Positions 48,601-60,600 of a DNA stretch of 64,000 nt are shown one piece after another (positions within the stretch are counted from its first letter, which is position 1; each line of letters starts with the position of its first letter). A program made the position numbers and the translations under genes. The notes under the pieces were generated by a model. The model saw only the letters and a program-made list of their open reading frames with translations. It was not told the DNA's origin and searched no databases. Source of the DNA: Glaucostegus cemiculus (taxonomy: Eukaryota); assembly GCA_976551045.1 (NCBI GenBank), contig CDPCPM010000418.1, positions 744,001-808,000 of the forward strand, read 5' to 3'.

Positions 48601-51600
48601 AGAAGCAGGCCCTTCAGTCCAACTGGTTCATGCTGACCAAGATTCCTACTTCGCCGTGTTTGGCCCAAATCTCTAGAAATTCTTCCTATCCATATACCTG
48701 TTGAAGTGCCTTTTGAATGTTGTTAATGTACCTGCCTCATCCACTTCTTCTGGCAGCTTGTTACATATACTGACCACTTGCTGGGTGAAAAAATGTAAGA
48801 TTATTACTATTGACACCAAGAACAAGCAATTCAGAGCCAATAACACAATGTCACATACAGAAAAATCCACAATGAGTCACAATTACATACATTTCAATTA
48901 TAAGCATGAACCCTCTGGATGGTTGCTGGTCATAAATCAAGAGCCAGTGAGAGATAACCAGGCAACTGATAGAGGCCATTGCTTAATGTTGTTATCAGAA
49001 TATTGCTTGGTAATAGGTATCAGGTTCTTGATTTGAATCCAAAAATATATTGGTTTATTATAGAGGATTAAATAATCACACAATGTGCAAAGAGTTTCCT
49101 TGCACATCTTGATGTGTTAAATCCAAATACTTTTCTCCAACACCTAGTTCAAAACCATCTGTAAACAAAGTCCACAATTCAATACATGTTTGTTGCCCCA
49201 TCAATAAGAAACATGCCTGAGAATGCAGGCCGTCTTTTTGGTTCCTGATCCCAACATCTTTGCATCAATTCAACCACCTGTGCACATCCTGGTGGACCAT
49301 TTTCTGGAATTATGTTGAGGCATGGTCTCTCTCCCACTACCACCTTCACAAATACAGCCATTATGTTTGTCCCTGAAATGTAGAAAAGCAGACAGAAGCG
49401 CTGAGGTACTCAGAAGTATCAGCTCTTTATCAACACTGAGTGTATGATCTAAGATGGTGTACCATAGCTTAAGTATGCAAATATAACATTATAACATCAC
49501 CAAGGTACAAATACTTTTCTCCAACACCTAGTTCAAAACCATCTGTAAACAAAGTCCACTATGTTTGTCCCTGAAATGTAGAAAAGCAGACAGAAGCGCT
49601 GAGGTACTCAGAAGTATCAGCTCTTTATCAACACTGAGTGTATGATCTAAGATGGTGTACCATAGCTTAAGTATGCAAATATAACATTATAACATCNNNN
49701 NNNNNNNNNNNNNNNNNNNNNNNNNNNNNNNNNNNNNNNNNNNNNNNNNNNNNNNNNNNNNNNNNNNNNNNNNNNNNNNNNNNNNNNNNNNNNNNNNNNN
49801 NNNNNNNNNNNNNNNNNNNNNNNNNNNNNNNNNNNNNNNNNCAGGAGGAATATATTTAGCTTACCTCTACCCTTATAGACTGTGAGCTCTAGATCATCAC
49901 CACAATGTTAAAACAATTCCCCTTGCGACCCTACCCACCTTTTTTTTTCACCCTTCATTTCAAATCTGTTTCCCTTGGTCCTTGACTCATCTACTATTGG
50001 GAACAACTTCACTCTATTTACCCTATCTCAGCACATCATCACTTCAACCACCTGTACCAAATCTCCATGGGCAAAGACAAAATTAATTTGAAATGCATGG
50101 ATTCTTCTCAGTGATTTGAAGAAATGAAAAGGAAGAAGCAACTGTTGACGTCAACTGGAATCCAAGAATCGTTGAGAACATATTAATAAATTTATTTTAG
50201 CTTCTAGTTTTATATGAAGAAGGTATCATTCTTGGCTACCATTTTCATCAACATATTTCTTTTGCATAGTTTTAATATACAGCTGCAAACCTACTCATCC
50301 TAAACAGGTTAATAAACAGGTTACCCAATGCACTCCTAGAGTAAATGAAATTTTCTGATGTTATGGTGAATCATATAAACCATTAAATTATTTTCTGAGG
50401 AGCAATAATGCAGGATCTCTCCATGGATCACTAAGTACCACAGAAATGATTTTGCAAAGCAAGCAGACAAATTAATTGTATTCAAACCCATCCATCTTCA
50501 TTGACCACAAAACTCTCCAGCAAAATTAATGTTAGTGATCATAATTAATAGCTGTAATAACAATGAATACATCCATCATAGTAAGATCATACTCGTAGAT
50601 GGGCCTTCTATGAGTAACTCAGTAAATCTCATTCACAAAGTTTTCTGTAAAGGCAATAGCAGTGGCCAGGATTACTGTAGTGATGTGCTTGCAGGAAGAA
50701 TTAGTAATGGTGTTACCAGCATAGGGCTTCTGCTGAGTCAGGACCTCCCACACAACAATGGAGAAGCTGGAAAAATAAAAGTTCACAGTAAGTTTCTTCA
50801 TGACAGGACAGCTAGCCAGAGTAAATCAAGTGCAAGTATTTTATAACTGGATGAAGAAATGATGTTTCAATATAAATCAATTAAACTACTAACTTTCAAT
50901 TCTGCTGTACCTTTATCATATAATGAATAATGATAGAAAATATCCGTGAAGGGCAGGAGGCTGAGGGGTGGCCTTAGAGAGTCAGGTAAAATCTTGAGGG
51001 ACATAGATAGGGTGGATTGTCATGGTCTTTTTCCCAGTGCAGGGGAGTCAAAAACTGAGGACATGAATTTAAGGTGAGAGTGGAAAGAAATAAAAGGGAC
51101 CTGAGAGGATTTTTTTTCACACAGTGGGCAGTGGGTACATGTAAACAAGCTGCCAGAGGAAGCTGCAGAGGTGGGTACAATTACGGTGTCTAAAAGACAT
51201 TTAGACAGGCACATGGATAGAAGAGGGACATGGGCCAAACGCAGGCAAATGGGACTAGCTTGGACAGACATCTTGGTCAGCATGGACCAGTTGGGCTGAA
51301 GGGCCTGTTTCCATGCTGTATAACACTTTGACTCTATCCCAAATTACTTTACAGGAGTGTTATCAAACAAAATTTAACATTAAACCACATGAGATTTTAG
51401 AAGAGCTTCAAAATCTTGGTTAGGGAGGCAGGCTTTAAGGAACAACTTAAAGGAGGAAAGAGGAGAGAAGAGATGGTTTAATGGAATTCCAAAGCTTTGT
51501 ACTTAGGGGGCTGAAAGAACAACAACTAATGGTAAATCAGCCAAAGTTGAGAGCAGCAGTGTTCTCAGAGGCTTGAGATTATAGAGATAAAAAAGTGAGG

Positions 51601-54600
51601 CCAAGGAAGAATTTGAGAAGAAAATCAGAATTTCAAAGTCAAACAGTTGTCAAGCTGGTAAGTAATCTAGGTGGATGAGTAGAGAGATGCTGGATAAACA
51701 AGTCCAAATGCAAGTTTCATACCTTTGTATTACATCAAACGTTTACAAGGTACTGAAATAACAAATTCCATAATAACCACTTAAATCCTCAATGACAAAT
51801 GATACAGTTGCTCTAATTCACCGGTAGAATGGGAAGATGATTCTATGAATATTAGTGACAGAATTTATTTGCTGGTGGGCTTTTAAATTTTGTTTCTCCT
51901 AAATAATGATATTATGTAAATTAGGGTTGATATGACAAATTATCACTCCCAGCATGGAGGATGGCAAACATGGAGTTCAGAAGAGGATGACATTTACCCC
52001 CAATCCCACTGGCTCCTATCCATCAGCATGAGAGTAGGTTGTTACCAGTTGCAATAACTGAATTCTTACAAGGGGCAGTGTAGTGGTTAGTGTAACTCTA
52101 TGACAGTGCCAGTGACCTGGGTTCAATTCTGGCTACTATCTGTAAGGAGTTTGTATGTTCTCCCCGTGTCTGCTTGGGTTTCCTCCGGGTGCTCTGGTTT
52201 CCTCCCACATTCCAAAGACATACAGGTTAGGAAGTTGTGGGCATGCTATGTTGGCACCGGAAGTGGCGACTCTTGTGGGCTGCCCCCAGAAAACTACACA
52301 AAAAGATGTACTTCACTGTGTGTTTCGATGTACGCGTGACTAATAAAGGTATCTTATCTTACGTTCAGCAGATGTGCAAACCTCCTTTCTGGGATCACTG
52401 ACATATCGCGGCACGGTAGCGTAGCGGTTAGCACGACGCTGTTACAACGCCAGCGATTGGGGTTCAATTCCCGTTGCTGTCTGTAAGAAGTTTGTACGTT
52501 CTCCCGTGTCTGCGTGGGTTTCCGCCGGGTGCTCCGGTTTACTCCCACATTCTAAAAGGCGCACGGGTAGGTAAATTTGGGGGTTTAAAATGGGCGGCGC
52601 GGACTCGTTGGGCTGAAAGGGCCTGTTACCAAGTTGTAGATATAATTTAAAATTTAAAAAATTTAAATTTAAACTCTACCAAAATAGCCTAGAAATTCAT
52701 TGATGCCTTAGAGCTACATTAATCTGTCATTGTGCTGCTAATGGCTTTGATCTTGGGGGAAGGTGCAACATGTCACTGAAATGACCTCACAGTTGGGAAA
52801 GCAGGTATATCTAGTGCCAATGCCAGATCTAGATGGTTGTGGGGGAGAGAGGTCACGGGATGGAGCAGGGGTGGAGGAAGGGTTAGGGATCAATTGTAAG
52901 TTAGAACTACTGATCACTGCCAGTCATGGCCAGGAGATTGCTTTTGAAAGTTAGTTGGTGGGTCAGAGAATTCGGGGCGGATTGCTCGTCAATGAATGGT
53001 GGGAGGATAACAAGTTGGTTGGTGAACCTTGGGTGTGGGGTGAGGAAGCTCCTTAAACAAGAGGTGAGTTATAGCCTCCAATCAATAGTCAGGGATCAGT
53101 TCTTAAGACCAGTGCCCAGAGTTTGGGAGACTGGGATCCAGAGATCTAAAGACCTGAGATGAATTTCCAGCCCACGGCAGGATTGGCTCAAAGAAGCCCC
53201 ATTTAATTCATCCAACCTGCAGAGCTGAAAGTGCCTACAACAGCTGCAGTCTAAATTCTTCTGGAAACATGGGGAACAACATGTTTACATTTGTAGCTAG
53301 TGCAGAATATACATAATTATGCAAGTGTAATTTCCGAAAGGAAGCACCCCATCAAATTTCTGGCATGATTCTACTAGGAAACCAGTGTTCCATCCCAGAA
53401 AAATTGTAAAAGTCAGCCTTATGTGACCAAATGTCTAAGCAACACATCATACAACACTTTTTCAATCTTTTTTATTGATAACAAATCAATACAGGTTAAG
53501 ATATATAACAACAATGTTTACACATGTATTATAGAAATGTCAAGTAACAATCGTAGGTAATCATAAAAAAAGCAATAAAGTATGATATATATATAAAAGA
53601 AATAGTTCCAACGATCTCTTGGTTCATAAGTGTAATGTAAAAGATAGAAAAGAAAAAGATTTGTTATATAATTAGAAAAAAAACAAAAAAAACAAATCAA
53701 TAAAAAAATCATAATAATATAGAGTAAATTAAACCAAAAATAAATTTTAAAAAAAGAAAAAAAAAACAAAACAAGGAGAAAAAAACTGGGCTAAAATTTT
53801 CAATAGAAATAGAACAATATGATGTCGTCAGCTCCGCTTCTCTGAATTAAAAAAAGAGTTATAGAAGGGGAGACTACATCATGTGAAAGTATTGAATAAA
53901 TGGACTCCAAATATCTTCAAATTTAAGCGAAGAATCAACAGTACCACTCCTAATTTTTTCCAAATTAAGACATGATATAGTTTGAGAGAACCATTGAAAG
54001 GTGGTAGGGGGTATTGGATCCTTCCATTTAAGCAGAATGGCTCGTTTGGCCATCACATCATACAACACTGTGCTCCATATTAATCTCCAAGAAAGGAATA
54101 GAAGATTAATAAAGTTAGCATAAGGCAAGAGTTATTAATATTTTCTTCTACTCTTTTCTTCTTTATGTATTTCTACCTCTCCCTCAAGTATCAATCCATT
54201 CCTTGTTATCTTGTCTGTGAGTAGCTCTCTTACCTCTGTGTTAAAAGACACAGATATCCAGAGACCTGTGCACATATCAGGCCTGGAACTCCAATACAGT
54301 ACTTGGGGCATTCTGTAATGTTGAAGGTACTTTCTTTCAAATGAGCTGCTATATCAAAATGCTAACTCACCTCAAAGGCTGACTTAAAAGATCACTACCT
54401 TGAAGAACAGAGGAATTTCTCCTGATGTCCAAAAGGGTTGACTTAAAAGATCACTACTTTGAAGAACAGAGGAATTTCTCCTGATGTCCAAAAGGGTTGA
54501 CTTAAAAGATCACTACTTTGAAGAACAGAGGAATTTCTCCTGATGTCCAAAAGGGTTGACTTAAAAGATCACTACTTTGAAGGACAAGGAATTCCTCCTG

Positions 54601-57600
54601 ATGTCCAAGCCAGTACTTATCCCTCAAACAACACAACTAAAAAGATTACCTGATCTTTGTTCTATCACTGTAGGATCTTGCTGCCTGCAAATTGCCTGCC
54701 ATAATAGCTATGTGGCTGAACTCCATAAATACTTCATCAGGAGATACCATGACATTATTCCTTTTTCCTTGTTGTATTGTGCCAAAAAATTATGAATTTA
54801 TGCCCTAACATTTTTGTCTCTCCAACGAGTTTTCTGTACACATTCCCCATCAAAGCCTCACAGGTGCCGAGACAACTATATTTTTTCCGCTCAGGATAAG
54901 CTTCAAAGTAAGTGGAATGAATGTCCACTCAGGAACTACGTAGAAGGTTAAAGGCTGAGACACACAATTTCTCTAAGATTCAATATGAAATCTCTCCTGT
55001 GGTTAGTAATGGGAAAGATGTTATTGGCTGAAGGACTGCTGGGCCAATTGCAGATTCCCTACTTTCATTTGAATGTAAACAATGACGCTAAGGTCAAATA
55101 TTCAATCATCTCCATCACAAATCATTTTCAATGTAATAATAGTATTTAGATATAAAACAAGATAAAGCATCTCAAAGACATGGGTTGAATTGGTGAACAG
55201 GTCAGGAGACATAATACGTAAAACTACTAAGCTGTGGGAAGTAAGTTTGTTTTCTGTGTGGGATGATCAAGAAGGCTGGCACTATTAGAACTTAGAGATG
55301 ACTAGGCACATTATCATATCAGGTTACCAGTTTGGATAAGTATCAGGAAAGGTGGTTGGACTTTCAAGATAGATTGGGTGCTGAAGTATTCCCAAGACTG
55401 GGTTCATAGAGGAGTTACACGACTAAAGCAAGGGCCCAACCAAGTAGCATAGAGCAAGCATCCACAAACTCCAGAATTGGTAGAAAATAGAAAGAGAAAA
55501 AGAGAGAGAAAGAGAAAGAGAGAGAGAGAGAGAGAGGAAGAGAAAAAGAGAGAAAGTGAGAAAGAAAGGCAAATATACATTCATATATTAAATGAAAATC
55601 ATTAAATAATGCAGATGCTGCAAATCTGAAACAAAACAGAAAATGCTAGAAACTCTCAGGTCAGGCACCATCGAAGAAAGAGAAACAGATTCAATGTTAC
55701 AGGTTGCTGAAGCTTCATCAGAACATGCAGAAAGCAACTTTCACAACCCCAGTATATCCAGAAGCAATTTATCATCAGTGAAGCTCTTTTGAATTAGAAA
55801 TCATAGCAAGTAATTTACACACAGCAACCTCCAACAAAGAACAATGTGACCCTGAGTAGGTAATCTGATCTGGTGATGTTGATGGGGATGTTGGTCAATA
55901 CACTATACCTCCTTCACATTGTCAGAACCCTATAATCATTATATTATAGATGGAGGGTGCTCAGCCCACTGCACAGGTGACAGTGAGCTATTGATTACTT
56001 ACAGTGAGAGGACAGGTGGAACCTCATTTAACTTCTCGTCTAAGTGACAGCAATTCTAACTATGCTGTAGTAGCACACACAAAATGCTGGAGGAACTCAG
56101 CAGGTCAAGCAGTATCTATGGGGGGAAGTGAACAGTCAACGTTTCAGGTCGAGACCTTACATCAGGACCGTCCTGATGAAGGGTCTTGGCCCGAAACTTC
56201 AACTAGTCATTTCCCTCCACAGGTGCTGCCTGACCTGCTGAGTTCCTCCAGCATTTTGTGTGTGTTACTCCAGATCTCCAGCATCTGCAGTCTCTTGTGT
56301 CTAACTCTGCTGTACTCTATCAATCCCGTACTGGAGCATCAGCCTAACTTTGTGCTAAATTGTCTTTAGAATGAAACTTAAAGACATAACTGAATCCCGT
56401 AACCCAATGAGTCTAACCTGTAAATATCATGCTCGACTCCAGAAGGTGCGCTTGATAATTCTGGTGGCATATAGATGATGGTTCCTCTCTTTGCAGACCT
56501 TTCAATTTGTTCCATATTGCTCAAGGTATCTTCCCATTTTGATAATCCAAAATCTGCGATCTATATAATACAAAAATAACATGCTTGTTACTGAGCACAA
56601 ACCTTTCCTTTCGTTTACATGCCTCTTTGTTGAATAAAGCTTATTATTATTTTGTTACATTGCATGCATTGGTTTGACAACTAGGAGATGTATGAAGGCA
56701 GATGTGCTGCACAAACCTCTGAACAAGCAATTATTCTCAACACCATTTAATGAGATGGCCTGTCACTTTAATTCTGTCTCACTTCCACTTTGATCATTCT
56801 GTCTTTAGCCTATTATTATACCGGTCCAATGAAATTCAACACAAGCTTAAAGACTACCCCGTAGACCGAGGAATCCTATTGTGCTTAGAAATGTATGCTA
56901 AAGTGGTATAATAGCCCCCAGAACACTATGCAAAAGATGCATTTCACTGCATGTTTTGATGTACATGTGACCAATAAAGATATTTATTTACCTATCTAGT
57001 AATGGACCTGAGCTAGTTTTTGCCAGGGCAGTGGGGAAGAGATATTCCTACATGATAGACACACAAAGAATTGTACATTTAAGCAGTGGCATTTTCTGAC
57101 CTTCAATACATTTATGCATGCAATTTCAAATGCCATGCTGGAAGGAAAATTCACAAGTGCACCCTTGCTACTTGACAAGAGCTCCTGAGGTAGAAATCCT
57201 CAACAGAACTCATTGCTTCAAACCATGAAGCCTGATCAGATTACCTTCCAGTGGGTTGGTAGGATGGAAGCAGGAATTAGCCCTATTTCTCTGAAAGATG
57301 ATTGGACATCATTGTGTTGTAGGTCAATGTCTAGAACATTGGAATGGTCAGGCCACTACCCACCCCCCCAACAATGGCAGCTCACTTTCACTGCCTGTCT
57401 AACCTGCACTGTAGGAGAAGATTCCAGGGTTGCCCTCAGCAGCAGACACTCTGAAGGTGGTGCCACTAAGAATTATAACTTACATTAGGCAAGACTTCTT
57501 CTTCCTGCTGAGGCTTGTCTTTCCACTTGTTTCATGCATATTTGCGCTTAAATATTGCAACAGTGATAGGTATCTATTGCACAAGGAGTAACTATTGTTG

Positions 57601-60600
57601 CATGCACAATGGCCTTCATGGTACATCACACACACACACAAATGAATTTCACAGTGTCCATCATGTTCACACCAGCTGCTTTTCACAATCAATCTTCTAC
57701 TTTGAATATATTGAGCAGTATATAAAAAGTGCTACACAACAGAAATCTATCTCCATACTTTCTACTGGGCACATTGCACCTAACTTCAAAACTTTGAGAT
57801 AACGATCTTGTTAATCTCATTTCTATCTCTTCTAAACCCTATTTACTTGTTTCACTGTCTTTCTCTTTTGCCTCACATGATCATCCAAATGACTTGTTTC
57901 ACTTAATCTCATCTGCCTTCCTCTGTAAACATCGTTCCCATTATCCTTTCCCTCTGTCCTTACCTTCTCTACATTTGAACACTTATTTTGTCTCTTTTTC
58001 CTGCTCTTATATAAGGTCAGTGACATGAAACTTTAACTTTGTTTCTGTCTCCACAGACGCTGCCTGATCTGTTGTGTGTTTCCATGCTTTAATTGCGAAG
58101 GTGACTTCACATTGGCCACTCCGATACTGGCGTAACAAATGAACTTTCACCACTTGCCAGAATTTGTGCCCTCAACTGATGACTTTAATACAGTGCTGTA
58201 CTGCAATGTCTATTGTATAGCTTATTTCTTATCATACTGCTTTCATCTGTAATGCAATCTGCCTTTCAGACTTAAAGGTAAAGGAAAGCGGAGTTTTGCT
58301 TTAAATTTTATATGACAGTGCAGAAATTCCTCAATACTCCACTGTGGCGTCAGTCAGCATTATATGCTAAAATGGGACTTCAACCTACAACCATCCAATG
58401 CCAAGATGAAAGAGCTAACACTAAGCCAAAGCTGGCAGCTAGTTGCTTTCACATCAACTGTCTTAAAAGTGTCAGATATAATAACTTCCAGTCAGACAAT
58501 CAACACAGCAACCTTGACGTGGAGGTTTTCATCCAAGAGTATGTTTCCAGGTTTCAGCTCCAGGTGAAGTAGAGGTGGATTCATACTATGCAAGAAATTC
58601 ATTCCCAAAGCCATCTCATGAATAATCCGGAATTTCATTGGCCAAGGTAACGTATCCCTGACAAGCAGCTTATCCAGCGAGCCATTTTCCAAATATTCCA
58701 TTACAATTCCGGCTGGTTGTGTACAAATCCCATATATTGGCAAAATATGCTTAAACCTCACTCTTGACATCTTTGCTGCCTCCTCCATCAAATGCTTCAT
58801 GTTCCTGTAATAAGTTCAAGAAGAAAGATAATTTCCCAAGGCATATTTCTATAACATCCTTTTGCAGAATTTGATTCATTGTTTTTTTTACCAGATTTCC
58901 ATTTCTCCTACAATATTCAGGCCTCAAAAACCTACATCAACTGTGACTAAATACTAAGTTAGTTACCCTGAGCTAGAAATCTGATGTTGGCATAAAATAA
59001 GTGATATTGAATTGGCCACTGATTATTAGCTGTTACTTATCCTGATATAATTTCAGCCACTGTACTCAACGTGATAAAAGCAAGTTGCGTTCAGAATTAT
59101 TTCTCCAGTCAAACAAAACTGTGAATGCCATTAGTCAGTTTAAATTCCATAAAGGCAGCTTGAAGGAGGAGCCAAACCATACAAATAAAGCACCACCGCA
59201 ATTTGTTCAGGCATGTTTGGCAAGTCTTTTTAAGTTGAATTGACATAGATTTAATTGGAGAAAAGTTTGCCATTTGGACTTTTAATTAATCTCAACAGTT
59301 CAAATCAGGGGAAGCCACCCTATATCTGTATATTATCTCCTAAAGTTAAAGGGATATCTGCACTTTAACAAAAGTTAAGGATAATATTGTTCATTAACAA
59401 AGAAATTGTAAACTGATTCTTACTTTTCCTATTCAAGGAGCTGGCACAGTCTATCATAAATATTCACTGGTTTCCTCATTTATTCTTTTATCCATTCACA
59501 TTTGCAGCATTAAATAGATTAATTGGCCAACAGGTGTTAAGGAGTTTCCTCTCCACTGGACCACCTAATTGTATCCATTTTTATCTTTTTCCTCTTACAT
59601 GTCTGTTTAGCTTTTCCTTAAGTGCATCAGTGCTAGGCAATTCAATTACATGTTGCGGTGGTGAGTTCCAGATTCAGGCTATTCTCTGAGTAAAGAATCT
59701 TCTCCCGAATTCAGCACTGGATTTATTTAGTGGCATCTGGTATTTATGTTCCCTAGTTCTGGCCTCACTTACATACAAATATCTTCCGTATGAACGCCCT
59801 CTCTAACCCTTGAACGCCTGTGTCAGGTCACTTCTCAAGTTCCTTTCTTGCAAAGGTAAGAACCTGAGTTTATTCAGATTATTCTGATAGGTCACCCTTA
59901 CCTGACCATTCAGGCTCTTTGAAGACACACGAATGTAAGAAATAGACTCAGGAGTAAACTCCAAAGCTCCTTGTATTCTCCACTTTTCAATAAGATCAGC
60001 TTAATGTTAACATCACTCTTTGCTCTGTCCTATATCTCCTGATCGCCTTTGTACCCAAGAATCTATTGACTTCAGATTTAAAAGTACTCAGTGAATGAGC
60101 ATCCACAGCTCTGTGGAATAGAGAAATCCAAAGATTCACTACCCTCTGATTGCAGAAAATTCTCCATATCTCAGTCTGAAACTACCAATCCCTTCTCCTG
60201 AGACTATGACCCCTACTTCTACAACCTCCAGACAGGGATAGATGATAGCAGTCTGATTCCACAGATCCATAAATTCATAAATAGGGAAAAGCTTAAATGG
60301 TTCTAATGCCTTCAGTTGTATTCCTCGTAATACAGACACAGTCACTTCACTTAGATCCCATGATCTATTGAAGGCAATTAAAATTAAAAATAACATTGAA
60401 AATAACATTGAGTAAAATGCTGAAAATTTCATTCCTTTCCCTCTCATTCAATTGAATCCACCCAGATCAGATTGGCTTTGGTTTGTCTAAACAAACGAGT
60501 TAATCCCCTCCCTAGCCAGGAACAGCCTTGGAATACCATCTAAGTTTAGCTCCTGTTAATTGATTACAACATCTTAAATTACCAGTTTAAATTTCTTTGA

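Noticed and set aside
52408-52480. tRNA gene
   Set aside because: The A/B boxes belong to a tRNA-derived SINE head that continues into the V-domain; there is no proper cloverleaf.
53518-53769. Hydrophobic Phe-rich 83-aa membrane protein ORF
   Set aside because: Translation of the T-rich 3' UTR of the L1 fragment.
54381-54608. CRISPR-like array
   Set aside because: Head-to-tail identical units with no unique spacers, in a vertebrate intron with no cas genes.
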